DNA of 64,000 nt from an uncultured Alphaproteobacteria bacterium (lineage in GTDB: Bacteria > Pseudomonadota > Alphaproteobacteria > Rs-D84 > CACZYB01), in the NCBI GenBank assembly GCA_963544995.1, contig CAUUHH010000001.1:31465-95464 (forward strand). The letters are read 5' to 3'. The notes below the pieces were generated by a model, which worked only from the letters and a program-made list of their open reading frames with translations, was not told the origin of the DNA and made no database searches. This document shows, in pieces, positions 18,530 through 28,464 of this stretch. The position numbers were made by a program, and so were the translations under genes. The number at the start of each line of letters is the position of its first letter. Position 1 is the first letter of the stretch.

Positions 18530-19366
18530 ATGGTTAAACCAACAAGTAAAAATAAAAAAGTAGCAGCAACTACTAATGCTGTAAAATCAGTAAAAGTTGC
18601 TAGTAAACCTGTTAAAAAAGTTGCTGTAAAACAAGCTGTTAAAACGCCAGCAAAAGTAGCATCCAAACCTGCAGCAAAAGCAGCGGTAAAGACTACATCA
18701 AAATCTGTTAAATCAGTAAAAACAAATACAAAATCAGTTGTAACGAAAAAAGTTGCACCGAAAAAAGCTGTGAAAGCACCGGTTAAAAATAAGAAGCTTA
18801 ACTCATCGAAATTTGTTTTAATATTGTCAATTTTGTTACTTATAGCAGCAGGTGTTTTGATAGGTATCAAAAAGTTTGTAGTTAAGAAAAATGTAAAAAC
18901 GACTGTATTTTCCCTTGTTTCAAAAGATGGGGTGCAAAAGGTTGATTTGAATTTGATGGTTGCTGATAGTGACCCTGTGAGGTTAAAAGGTTTGATGGGA
19001 GTTAAAAAATTGGCACCCAAAAGTGGAATGATTTTTGATTTCGAAGAACCAGGTTATTATTCTATGTGGATGAAGAATATGAAAATTCCTTTGGATATGG
19101 TGTTTTTAAATAATTATGGTAAGGTTATAGTTCTTGCACCAAATAGACCTGCAAATAATGAAGATTTGATTACTCCATGTTCAATTGAATTGGAAGGTAT
19201 GAAAGCAAGAAATAAGAAATTAAAATTGAATGAAGATAAATTTTTTGATAAGTGTGAAGAAAAATACCTTAAATATCCAAATTTAACCAGGTATGTATTG
19301 GAGCTTCCTGCAGGAACAATCAAAAATCATAATATGATGCTTGGTGATGTATTGCTTCGTAAATAA
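18530..19366 (+). CDS. Membrane protein with an N-terminal histone-H1-like Lys/Ala/Val/Pro-rich tail, a single TM and a C-terminal DUF192 (COG1430) domain.
   Basis: Residues 1-95 are K/A/V/P repeats (AKVASKPAAKAAVKTT…). TM is FVLILSILLLIAAGVLIGI. C-terminal …RLKGLMGVKKLAPKSGMIFDFEEPGYYSMWMKNMKIPLDMVFLNNYGKVIV… matches the DUF192 consensus. Strong SD AAGGAGG. Confidence 0.55.
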   Translation: MVKPTSKNKKVAATTNAVKSVKVASKPVKKVAVKQAVKTPAKVASKPAAKAAVKTTSKSVKSVKTNTKSVVTKKVAPKKAVKAPVKNKKLNSSKFVLILSILLLIAAGVLIGIKKFVVKKNVKTTVFSLVSKDGVQKVDLNLMVADSDPVRLKGLMGVKKLAPKSGMIFDFEEPGYYSMWMKNMKIPLDMVFLNNYGKVIVLAPNRPANNEDLITPCSIELEGMKARNKKLKLNEDKFFDKCEEKYLKYPNLTRYVLELPAGTIKNHNMMLGDVLLRK

Positions 19367-19391
19367 AAATTTTAAATGACTTTTTATTATG

Positions 19392-19420
19392 GCTACTGTA
19401 TATAAGCAGTAGCTTTTTTA
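19392..19420 (+). terminator. Rho-independent terminator after gene 18530..19366.
   Basis: GCTACTG-tatataa-GCAGTAGC hairpin followed by TTTTTT. Confidence 0.5.
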
Positions 19421-19443
19421 TTATTATAAATAGGGATATAGCT

Positions 19444-19809
19444 ATGAAGAGTGTTACCAAACGACAATTTCAGATAGGAGAAAAGATAAAAAGAACATTA
19501 TCTATAATGTTTAGAACAGGTGTATTTGCTGGTAGAATTAATGATATTTTTTCCATTACAGAGGTTAGTCCAAGTCCAGGATATCAAACTGCATGGGTTT
19601 TTATTGCTGCATTGGATAATAATAAAAACTCAAGTATAGTAAAAGAATTAAATGCCATGAGTGACGAAATTAGATGGGAATTAGCAAATAATATTAAAAT
19701 GAAATTTACTCCAGTATTGATATTTAAATTTGATAACTCTCTGGAATATGCAAACAGGATAGAAGAAATTTTAAATTTCCCTGATGTAAAAAAAGATTTA
19801 GAAAATTAA
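19444..19809 (+). CDS. rbfA: Ribosome-binding factor A.
   Basis: 121 aa. KRQFQIGEKIKRTLSIMFRTG… then TEVSPSPGYQTAWVFI… then C-terminal PVLIFKFDNSLEYANRIEEIL fits the RbfA KH-like fold pattern. Confidence 0.75.
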   Translation: MKSVTKRQFQIGEKIKRTLSIMFRTGVFAGRINDIFSITEVSPSPGYQTAWVFIAALDNNKNSSIVKELNAMSDEIRWELANNIKMKFTPVLIFKFDNSLEYANRIEEILNFPDVKKDLEN

Positions 19810-19837
19810 ATTTACCTATATAGTATAAAAATTTTTA

Positions 19838-20743
19838 TTACTTACTGTATTCGATAGTTGCGCCTTGCTTTAATTTATCAAAATATTTATTAGCATAGGT
19901 TTCAAGTTTTTCATCATATGCAGAAGCTCTGATTCGCATTTTTTTTTCGTCTGAGATTTTTTCCTTATACACTGCTTTATCACATACAAAAAATATTGTG
20001 TTTTCACCATTTAATTTTACTGGAGCAGAGGCAGAGTTTACAGGTATATTAATCAAAGAATCATATAATTTTTTATCCATATCCTTTGATAAAATAGTAA
20101 TTTTGTTTACTGTTCCAATTTTAGAATTAATTTTTGTAAAATTTTCAAAATCTGTACAAGAATTTATTTTTTCTATTACTGATTTAAGATTAGCATAATC
20201 CTTATTATTTTTTAAAGTAAAAGGGATAAGGGTATAATTAAAATTATCTTTATTTTCCTGCTGTACTACATTTTTTATAATAGAATCCAGTTCGTCATCA
20301 TTTAATTTTACAAAACCGCGTAGAACTTGGTAAATAAATTTTAACCACAATAGATCTGTTTCAACCTTTTTATTAAAGGTTTCTTCCTTTAATCCATTTT
20401 TTATAAGTTTTTGGTATAGATTCCTATCCAAACCAAGATATTGTTTTGTTTTTATTTTATAATTTTCTATTTCTTCCGCGCTGATAGAAATACCAAATTT
20501 TTTTGCCTCGGTTATTTTTATTTTATCATCAATAAGTTCTTTTAATGTAGTTTGATAAATTTCATTTTTATCCAATTTAATGCCTTGTTTTTTTATAAAC
20601 TCGGTAACAAGTTTTTCGCGCTGTGCAATATCGTATGAAGTTATAGGCTTTCCATTTACCACAGCAATAATTGATATGGGATTAGCATTGGTTAAATATG
20701 GAATGCAAGAAAGCACACACGCATAAAATATTTTTTTTATCAT
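19838..20743 (-). CDS. surA: SurA-like periplasmic chaperone (SurA N-terminal-domain protein), downstream of lptD.
   Basis: Signal peptide then a SurA N-domain-like helical region. Classical lptD-surA linkage. Start chosen at MIKKIFYACVL (SD GAGGGA); the ORF-track start at 20773 would overlap the lptD stop. Confidence 0.6.
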   Translation of the reverse strand: MIKKIFYACVLSCIPYLTNANPISIIAVVNGKPITSYDIAQREKLVTEFIKKQGIKLDKNEIYQTTLKELIDDKIKITEAKKFGISISAEEIENYKIKTKQYLGLDRNLYQKLIKNGLKEETFNKKVETDLLWLKFIYQVLRGFVKLNDDELDSIIKNVVQQENKDNFNYTLIPFTLKNNKDYANLKSVIEKINSCTDFENFTKINSKIGTVNKITILSKDMDKKLYDSLINIPVNSASAPVKLNGENTIFFVCDKAVYKEKISDEKKMRIRASAYDEKLETYANKYFDKLKQGATIEYSK

Positions 20744-20753
20744 AATTTTCCCT

Positions 20754-22925
20754 CTATTCGGCATCTTCATCAAGGTTGTTTACATTAAAGCTGCTGGACA
20801 CAGAACCAAGTGTTTTAAATTTTAGTGTAAAATAGAATGCTTTATCTCCCTTATAATCTCTGTCCTTTGTGCTATTATTAACAAAATTTAAATCAAAAGT
20901 GAAGCAATCATTTTCATAAGCAAGACCAGTTAGAACCTGTATATTATTTTTTATGTATAAATCATATCTTTCACCTGCAAAAATTCGCCAATGTTTTGTA
21001 ATTTTTGAACTGATATATACTCCAGCTTCATTTTTATTAACAGGAAGTTCATGTTCAACTATCATATCTTTTAAATAGCTGTAATTTAATGTAAGATTTA
21101 ATCTATCAGTTCCGGTGTAGGTATATAAATCGTGTCTTTTTATTTCCATATGTTTGTTATCTATTCTGGCCTTATATTTAAAAGTTAGGTATTTATTTGG
21201 TGAATAATAGGTGCTAGCAATTATATTGGAAAAGCCACTTTTGTTTGAAAGACCACTGTTTTCAAAATATAAATTATCCGGCGTATTTATATTATAATTT
21301 TGCCCTATAAAAAATCCAAGTACCCTATTATTTTTATAATTTTGAACTAAATTAAGACCATAATTAAGCCTGGTACCACTTTCATATAAATCGAATCCGG
21401 CAAACCTGTTATGATTAAACATATTTTCCATGGTAAGCTCTAAATATTTACTATCTATATTAGGAATATTTTCTGATTTATTATATTTTGGAGAGTGAAT
21501 AAACTGTATTTGCGGTTCAAAAATTTCTGTTTTATTATTTAGTTGTCTGTATAATGGGTATTTCCAAGATAGATCAACACCTGTATTTAGCCTGCCTTTG
21601 GTTCCTGTATAATAATTATTACCAATTCCTGTATTAACATTTTTTAACATAAACATATCGCCACGTAAATCGAGTCCTAAATTAAATAAATGGCCGCCAG
21701 TTGTTTTATATGGTTGCAAGAATCTGATAATTCCGGATGAACGAAAACTGTATTCATCCTTTGTATTATCGGATACATAATCCAACATTGTGTTTGCCGT
21801 ATTTAGGTTTATATCAAAATATCCTCCATATTTATTAGGTTCAGTTAGTGTCCTGTAATTTATAATAGGAAAAATCCTTGGCACATATCCATTTGATAGA
21901 TTTCGCAAATCTTGGTATGAATAAAGATTTGCAGTAAGATAACTTTTTTCAAAACTTCCTTCCAATGTGATACGAGAAAGAAGCCATGGATCATAATTTG
22001 ATCGATATAACCTTAGATAAGTATCGTCACTTGCCCTTTCTATATTGGCATTTAATCTCCATGTATCATTTATTTCTATATAGTTATTTGTTTTAAAATA
22101 CCATCTGTTTTTTTCTTTTTCGTATTTATTTTTATAACTGATATTAGTTACATTGGTACCGTATTTATAATTATGCCTATATTCTGCATTTATTAAATTT
22201 CCGTGTAAACTTGTAAACATAGGGGTCAAGGTAAGGTCGTTATAATTACTTAATTTTAATAAAAATGGTGTTTTAATTACCGATCCCAAATAAGAAGAAT
22301 TTCCAAATTTTGGAATTAAAAACCCGGTTTTGTTTCCAGATTTATCAACATGATTTCTGAAATATGGAAGGTATAATATTGGAACATTCCACATATAAAA
22401 AAACATATTTTTAAAAGTTAAACTGGAATTTTCTTTATTATGAGAAATTTTACTTGCAGAAATTTTCCATGTAGGTGTACCAGAGCATTTTTTTAAACCT
22501 TCTTTACATGCCGTATATTCCACATCGTTAAATGATATTTTTTTGTTGTTTTGCATAGAGGCAGAATTGGCCCTAATAAAAGAGCTGTAACCAAATTGCA
22601 TATCCATCATACCAAAATTTACAGTATCATTTTTTGTATTGATTACAAAATCGTTTGATTCAAGTTTCGTATTATCACTGCCACCTTTAAAATCTACTTT
22701 CCCAATGGTTTTTATTTCAGATGTCTTGGTATCATATTCTATTTTATCGGTAACTATATCTTTATCATTATACTTAATGTTTACTGTTCCACGACTTGTA
22801 AATTTACCGGTATTTTTATCATAAATTATTTCATCTGTATCAAATATTGCAGTATTTTTACTAGGGGTATTTGCAAGTAATAAATTTGGTAAAAATAACA
22901 AGAAAGTGATAAGAATTTTTATCAT
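20754..22925 (-). CDS. lptD: LPS-assembly outer-membrane protein LptD (OstA).
   Basis: 723 aa. Signal peptide, OstA N-terminal beta-jellyroll (IFDTDEIIYDKNTGKFTSRGTVNIKY) and a large C-terminal beta-barrel. Confidence 0.8.
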   Translation of the reverse strand: MIKILITFLLFLPNLLLANTPSKNTAIFDTDEIIYDKNTGKFTSRGTVNIKYNDKDIVTDKIEYDTKTSEIKTIGKVDFKGGSDNTKLESNDFVINTKNDTVNFGMMDMQFGYSSFIRANSASMQNNKKISFNDVEYTACKEGLKKCSGTPTWKISASKISHNKENSSLTFKNMFFYMWNVPILYLPYFRNHVDKSGNKTGFLIPKFGNSSYLGSVIKTPFLLKLSNYNDLTLTPMFTSLHGNLINAEYRHNYKYGTNVTNISYKNKYEKEKNRWYFKTNNYIEINDTWRLNANIERASDDTYLRLYRSNYDPWLLSRITLEGSFEKSYLTANLYSYQDLRNLSNGYVPRIFPIINYRTLTEPNKYGGYFDINLNTANTMLDYVSDNTKDEYSFRSSGIIRFLQPYKTTGGHLFNLGLDLRGDMFMLKNVNTGIGNNYYTGTKGRLNTGVDLSWKYPLYRQLNNKTEIFEPQIQFIHSPKYNKSENIPNIDSKYLELTMENMFNHNRFAGFDLYESGTRLNYGLNLVQNYKNNRVLGFFIGQNYNINTPDNLYFENSGLSNKSGFSNIIASTYYSPNKYLTFKYKARIDNKHMEIKRHDLYTYTGTDRLNLTLNYSYLKDMIVEHELPVNKNEAGVYISSKITKHWRIFAGERYDLYIKNNIQVLTGLAYENDCFTFDLNFVNNSTKDRDYKGDKAFYFTLKFKTLGSVSSSFNVNNLDEDAE

Positions 22926-24034
22926 TAAATTTTATCCTTGTTATTTGGTTCGTAGTATAAAATTTTATATAAAATAAAAATTGCGGCAAATGTTAATAAA
23001 TATACCAGAGGATATAATTTATAATAACGTCTTAACATTTCGAAAGAATATAGATATAGCATTTGAATAGTACTCATCCCGGAAATTGCAAACAGCATAT
23101 TTTTACTGCTGGAACGTTTTGTAAAAGAAGATTTAAAAATTGCAATAAGCGACACTAAGACAAAAATAATATTATATAGTGGTTTTAATAATCGTTTATG
23201 TAATTCGACAAGATATTTTGGATAGCTTTCTTTATCAGAATAACCCAGTTGTTTTGCAAGTAACAACTCAAAAAATGTAAATTCCTTTAAATGTTTTTTC
23301 CTTATATAATTTTTTGCGATTACCCCAAGATCCGCAGTATATTTATCAAAAGAACCAAAAGTATATTTTCCCATATTATTTTCTTCAAAGCTTCCATTTA
23401 ATAAGGAAATTATCATATTACTGTCGGTGGTTATAAGCATACCTTTGCTTGCCATTATAGTTCTGGTTCTGTCCTTATTTCTGCCATCGTGTATAAAAAT
23501 TTCATCCAGGATATTATTTTGTGCCTTTTTAACATATATTGTTAAACCACTTGCAATTTGGTTAAATTCCCCTTCCTTTAGCATTAAAGCAGATACATTA
23601 TTTTTTGAATCAAATAAAAAATTTTTATATTTTGTTTCATATTTTGGCGCAATGTATAATGTTATATAAAAACATACTAACATTACTATTTTTGTTATAT
23701 TTATTGCAGGACGGATAAGTTGTTTTGTAGATTTACCTGCAGCTTGCATTACTATTAATTCTTTATCAAGGACCAATTTATTATACACAAATAAAACAAC
23801 TGCAAATAATGATATAGGAAGTATCGTTGTAAGTAGGTCAGGAAATAACAAAGAAGTTAGTTTTAAAAAAGTAAAAAAGCCTATATTGTCATTTATTATA
23901 TAACTGATTAAACGTAGTATTTGTGTAAACCATGCAATACCTAGTAATACGGATGATACAACAAACAATCCCGCAAGTATCTGTTTTGCGATATATTTGT
24001 CGGTAATAGTAATCTGTGGAGCTATTTGCAACAT
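22925..24034 (-). CDS. LPS export ABC permease LptF/LptG family (YjgP/YjgQ).
   Basis: 369 aa with 6 TM helices and a periplasmic insert, N-terminal YIAKQILAGLFVV… pattern, immediately upstream of lptD. Confidence 0.7.
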   Translation of the reverse strand: MLQIAPQITITDKYIAKQILAGLFVVSSVLLGIAWFTQILRLISYIINDNIGFFTFLKLTSLLFPDLLTTILPISLFAVVLFVYNKLVLDKELIVMQAAGKSTKQLIRPAINITKIVMLVCFYITLYIAPKYETKYKNFLFDSKNNVSALMLKEGEFNQIASGLTIYVKKAQNNILDEIFIHDGRNKDRTRTIMASKGMLITTDSNMIISLLNGSFEENNMGKYTFGSFDKYTADLGVIAKNYIRKKHLKEFTFFELLLAKQLGYSDKESYPKYLVELHKRLLKPLYNIIFVLVSLIAIFKSSFTKRSSSKNMLFAISGMSTIQMLYLYSFEMLRRYYKLYPLVYLLTFAAIFILYKILYYEPNNKDKI

Positions 24035-24093
24035 AGGGCATAGTCTACTATAACTTTTTTATTTTTAAAGAGTTTTGTATTATGTAACGTTTA

Positions 24094-25908
24094 TTATAAT
24101 TTTAACTCTTTTATTAAAATTTCTGCCTCATCCAGCCATTTTTTTATTGATACATTAATTCCATTTTCCCAGAAATTTGTATCAGTTGGATTTAATCCAA
24201 ATGGTTTCATTAACTGTATTGCATTTTTAGTGGAACCACTTTCTAGCATTTCTATGTATAATTTTTCGAAATTTTTAAGATTATTGGATTTTATAGCAAA
24301 TAAACTTTGTGTAAATAATTCACCAAATGCATATGAATATACATAGAATGGACGCATAAAGTGAGAGACATAGCACCATAAATTTTCTATGTTTTTATAG
24401 GTAAAAATTTCGCCTTCCTCTCCATACATATCTTTTGTCACCTGAAGCCAGGCATCATTAAAATCTTTTGTTGTTAATTTTCCATTTTTTCTTTTTTCAT
24501 GTATTATTTGCTCAAATAAAGAGAAGCTGATTTGGCGATTTACGGAATTAATCCAATCATTTGCTTTGTTAAGTAATAAAACCAATTTTTCTTGTTTATC
24601 AGTAATTTTACTTATCATATATTCAAAAGTTAACATTTCGCCAAAGATACTTGCAGTTTCAGCATAGGCCATAGGAGCCTGTGCCTGGAGAGAGCCTTGC
24701 ATATTACCCGCAAGAAGCCCATGTACAGAATGACCCAATTCATGAGCCAAAGTCATAACATCCCTTGTAGTACCCATATAGTTTAAAAAAGTCCATGTGG
24801 AAACCTTGCCACCCTTTGATACCACGGTGTAATTATATGCACCACTTGTTTTTCCATTATATACCGGAGCGTCAACCCTGTTATTTTTAAAAGAATCTTT
24901 TATCAGATCGGCAAGTTTTGGAGAAAAAGAATTATATGCGGATAACACTATATCTTTGCAATCATCCCATTTATAATAAGTTTCTGATTTTAATGGTATC
25001 ATTGCATTTCTGTCGGACCAATTTAATACTTTTTTACCAAGTAAATTTTTAAGTATATTATAATAACGCTTACCCTGTTGTTTACCATATTTTAAAACAC
25101 TTTCATGCAATGCATTTACAGTTTTGTCATCTAGGTTATTTTCAAGATTCCTTGCCTCCATTATATGTTTTAGTCCCCTCTCGGTATCCATTAAATTTTT
25201 TTGACCCAAAATAATGTTTAGTGCCCTGGTCCGTAGGCTTTGATAATTAGAATTTTTTAATTCTACATTTAATAAGTCCAAAGCTTTTTTACGAAGTTTT
25301 GATTTAGGAGAGTTATTTGCTATATGCAAAATTTCAGAAAAATTATAGGTTTTAAAGCCCATTTTAAATTTTAATTTTGTTTCTGCCTCCTCAAGTAGAT
25401 CGTCCCATTCATTTGATAAAAAGGGTGATATTTTTGTAAGAATTGTTTCAACATTTTCAGATAATTGATATTTAGAAAACTTTCTTATCATATCCATATG
25501 AGGTTTGTTTTTTAAAAGTAATTTTGAAGATTTTACTTGTTGGTCATAATATTGTTTATCAAGTTTTCCTAGTTCTATATCAAAGAATGACAAATTTGCA
25601 AGAGCAATAGATATTCTTTCGTTCGCAATAGATGTTTGTTTTTTTATTTCCTCGTTTTCAGCATCACGGCTGCTGTTTAGATAAAAAAATGCAAAAATAC
25701 TACTAGTGATTTCATCTATTAAAATAAAATCTTTTAGTGCATTTTCAAGATTGGTATCTAAATGATCTTTGTATTTTTTAGGAAAAGCTTTACAAATTTT
25801 TTCAACTTCATTTATGTCCTTTGTTATTTTCGGATCGTTAATAGATTCATATAGTGGAGATAAATCCCATCTGGTATTAATTAGATTTATATCTTGTTTC
25901 ATTATCAT
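24094..25908 (-). CDS. pepF: Oligoendopeptidase F (M3B metallopeptidase).
   Basis: 604 aa with HELGHSVH zinc-binding motif and a downstream E ligand region. Confidence 0.8.
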   Translation of the reverse strand: MIMKQDINLINTRWDLSPLYESINDPKITKDINEVEKICKAFPKKYKDHLDTNLENALKDFILIDEITSSIFAFFYLNSSRDAENEEIKKQTSIANERISIALANLSFFDIELGKLDKQYYDQQVKSSKLLLKNKPHMDMIRKFSKYQLSENVETILTKISPFLSNEWDDLLEEAETKLKFKMGFKTYNFSEILHIANNSPKSKLRKKALDLLNVELKNSNYQSLRTRALNIILGQKNLMDTERGLKHIMEARNLENNLDDKTVNALHESVLKYGKQQGKRYYNILKNLLGKKVLNWSDRNAMIPLKSETYYKWDDCKDIVLSAYNSFSPKLADLIKDSFKNNRVDAPVYNGKTSGAYNYTVVSKGGKVSTWTFLNYMGTTRDVMTLAHELGHSVHGLLAGNMQGSLQAQAPMAYAETASIFGEMLTFEYMISKITDKQEKLVLLLNKANDWINSVNRQISFSLFEQIIHEKRKNGKLTTKDFNDAWLQVTKDMYGEEGEIFTYKNIENLWCYVSHFMRPFYVYSYAFGELFTQSLFAIKSNNLKNFEKLYIEMLESGSTKNAIQLMKPFGLNPTDTNFWENGINVSIKKWLDEAEILIKELKL

Positions 25909-25960
25909 TCCTTTAGTAATTTTATTTGGATTGGATTTTATTGTATTTATAAAGTAATTA

Positions 25961-26788
25961 CTAGTTTAAATTTTTAATTTCTGTTTCTATTTCATTAATA
26001 GAGTAATCTGGGGTTGAAAGGCCAGCTGCAATTCCGCAGTATTTTTTACCATCAAACCAATTTTTATCTAAATCTGACTTATTTTCAACCTGATATACTG
26101 AATTACAAAATTTTTCTGCTGTAATTATCAAGGTTTTTGTATTAGATGATTTTTTACCACCGATTACTATCATAATATCAGCCCATTTAGCAAGTTCAGC
26201 AACAGAATTTTGATTATTTTGTGTCGCAGGGCATATGGTACATATTGATTTAAACTCTTTTACTGTTTTTTTTAAAAACTCCTCTGCCAATTTAAATTCT
26301 GGTATAGGCTTTGTCGTTTGTGAAATTAGGGCAACTTTGTGAGGAATATTTAATGTTTGTAATTCATTAAAATCTTTGAATACTATTATCCCTTGCGACA
26401 CACGACCACATATTCCCATAACTTCGGGGTGATCTTTATTCCCAAACAAAAATATGTTATATCCATCTTGTATTAATTTATTTGCCAAATTTTGAACATA
26501 TTTTACCCTGGGACAAGTAGTATCAACAATTTTAATATTTCTGTTTCTCATAGATAATTCAGAGGCCAATCCTATACCGTGTGCAGAAATAATTGTCGTG
26601 GAATTATTTGGAATATCATCAATATTCATAGATTTTATATTAAAATCTTTCTTTAATCTTTCAGTTTCATTTGGATTATGAATTATATCTCCACCTGCAA
26701 TAAAGGAGTTAGGTGAATTTTCAGCTATTTTAATAGCTCTTCGTACACCAGCACAAAATCCAATAATTTTTGTTTTTTTGATTTCCAT
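25961..26788 (-). CDS. ispH: 4-hydroxy-3-methylbut-2-enyl diphosphate reductase.
   Basis: 275 aa. N-terminal …IGFCAGVRRAI… with conserved Cys ligands (…TTCPRV…, …TICPAT…), typical of IspH/LytB. Confidence 0.85.
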   Translation of the reverse strand: MEIKKTKIIGFCAGVRRAIKIAENSPNSFIAGGDIIHNPNETERLKKDFNIKSMNIDDIPNNSTTIISAHGIGLASELSMRNRNIKIVDTTCPRVKYVQNLANKLIQDGYNIFLFGNKDHPEVMGICGRVSQGIIVFKDFNELQTLNIPHKVALISQTTKPIPEFKLAEEFLKKTVKEFKSICTICPATQNNQNSVAELAKWADIMIVIGGKKSSNTKTLIITAEKFCNSVYQVENKSDLDKNWFDGKKYCGIAAGLSTPDYSINEIETEIKNLN

Positions 26789-26914
26789 TTTTTTAGCTTA
26801 TACTAATAGTTGTTAAATATAAATCATGACCTTTAAAAATCCAATATTAAAAAATTACTTTTAATTTTAACATGGTATTATATAATAGGTTTACTTTAAT
26901 AATGGAAAGATTTA

Positions 26915-27715
26915 ATGACTAATTATTTAGATAGTATAAAAAATGATAAATTTGAAGTTAGATTAACAAAAAATAATGAAGAATTGGTCTTAGCACAGAA
27001 ACTTCGTTACAAAATATTTTTTGAAGAAGATGGCGCGATTCCATCGGAACAAGTAAAAAAAGAAAAAAGAGATTTTGATGAGTTTGATCCCTATTGTGAT
27101 CATTTAATAGTGGTAAATAAAAAGGTAGATGTAAATTCTGATGATTATATAATAGGAACCTATAGATTAATGAAGAAAGATGGGGCTAAAGCCCTTGGCA
27201 AATGGTATTCAGATACAGAATTTAATGTTTCAAAATTTAATAATTATGATGGTGAGGTCTTAGAATTGGGCCGGGCATGTGTAAAAAAAGAATATAGATC
27301 AAAATTAATTATGACTATGTTGTGGAATGGCCTAGCAGCATATATGTTTGATTATAATATCAAATTAATGTTTGGATGTGGAAGTTTTTTAGGAACAGAT
27401 GTTAATCAGTATAGGCAGTCGCTTTCTTATCTATATTACAATGATTGTATTGCGACCGGTGATATGGAGGTAGAGGCAATTTCAAAAGATAAATGTGAGT
27501 ATCCAATTATTTCGGAAAGTGAATTTAATTCAATAGCTGCGTTTCAGGAACTTCCTACTATGATTAAAGGGTATCTTCGTATAGGATGTAAGGTTAGTCG
27601 CAGTATTTATATAGATTGGAATTTTAATTGTTTTGATATTTGCATAATATTTGAAACAAAAAATCTTAAAAAAAGTTATTTAGATCATTATAGAAAAATT
27701 ATATCTAATGCTTAG
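26915..27715 (+). CDS. GNAT-family N-acyltransferase (OlsB-like / 'putative hemolysin' Acetyltransf_5 family).
   Basis: …GTYRLMKKDGAKALGKWYSDTEFNV…LELGRACVKKEYRS…LWNGLAAYMF…MFGCGSF… matches the OlsB/ornithine-lipid N-acyltransferase family pattern. Confidence 0.6.
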   Translation: MTNYLDSIKNDKFEVRLTKNNEELVLAQKLRYKIFFEEDGAIPSEQVKKEKRDFDEFDPYCDHLIVVNKKVDVNSDDYIIGTYRLMKKDGAKALGKWYSDTEFNVSKFNNYDGEVLELGRACVKKEYRSKLIMTMLWNGLAAYMFDYNIKLMFGCGSFLGTDVNQYRQSLSYLYYNDCIATGDMEVEAISKDKCEYPIISESEFNSIAAFQELPTMIKGYLRIGCKVSRSIYIDWNFNCFDICIIFETKNLKKSYLDHYRKIISNA

Positions 27716-27734
27716 AATAATATTATAAAAAAAT

Positions 27735-28463
27735 TTATTGTAGTTTTGTTTTCTGAATATTATAAACCAAAAAAGCAAAAATTGATGAAGGTTGCTTTTT
27801 GTTTATTAATTTCTTATCCACAGTTTTAAGTACGGCGTGAAGAGCAATTTCGTACAATTCTGTTTTTGCATCTTTTCTGTTAAAAATAGATGCGGTTTTG
27901 TATATAAATTTTACCTTTGTTGTCCACCAGTCACCTTTTTTTTGTGGCATATCAATTATTTCAACTGTTCTTGTTATATTATTTTTCATTAAATCTTTTA
28001 TTTCTTGTAATTCACCATCTGATTTATTTATAAAATGACTGTATGCGTTTGTTATATCTGGACTGCCATCAGCCTTAAATCCTAAAATACTGGGCCTTTT
28101 TAGTAACCAACCGTGATTAAAATCTTTGATATCGCTTTCTAAGCCAAGATTGTTTTCCATTAAAATTTTTGAGTTATTTACAGTATATCGATTTATTAAA
28201 TATTCTACTATTAATTTTTTCATAAAATCATTACGAATTTTCGCTTTTTTACCAAGTGCTTGTCTTTCAAGTGGAATAATAGAAAAATTATTATCAGTTT
28301 CATTTTGATTTTTTATAATAAGGCTTTGGATTTTGAAATTATCTTCCTCTAAATAATTAAAAAAGACACTTGCAGAATAAAGTAAAACTATACTGGATAT
28401 AAAGCACAAAAATCCCAAAATCCACAATGGAGTAAATGATATATGTTTTTTGTTTTGTAGCAT
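27735..28463 (-). CDS. Bitopic membrane protein, possible divergent VirB8-like (NTF2-fold) protein; paralog of the upstream gene.
   Basis: N-terminal TM (LWILGFLCFISSIVLLYSA). Periplasmic segment has KKLIVEYLINRYTV resembling the VirB8 KYWLSQYVIARETY helix. 1-nt spacing to the upstream gene. Confidence 0.35.
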   Translation of the reverse strand: MLQNKKHISFTPLWILGFLCFISSIVLLYSASVFFNYLEEDNFKIQSLIIKNQNETDNNFSIIPLERQALGKKAKIRNDFMKKLIVEYLINRYTVNNSKILMENNLGLESDIKDFNHGWLLKRPSILGFKADGSPDITNAYSHFINKSDGELQEIKDLMKNNITRTVEIIDMPQKKGDWWTTKVKFIYKTASIFNRKDAKTELYEIALHAVLKTVDKKLINKKQPSSIFAFLVYNIQKTKLQ

Positions 28464-28464
28464 T

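Noticed and set aside
18499-19020. 173-aa antisense ORF inside the histone-like/DUF192 gene, and similar antisense ORFs (4720..5034, 6473..6682, 8165..8617, 10651..11154, 15290..15631, 32028..32495, 46475..46831, 57833..58261, 61961..62323 etc.).
   Set aside because: They lie wholly within well-supported genes on the opposite strand, have low-complexity or hydrophobic translations typical of AT-rich antisense frames, and lack SD sequences.
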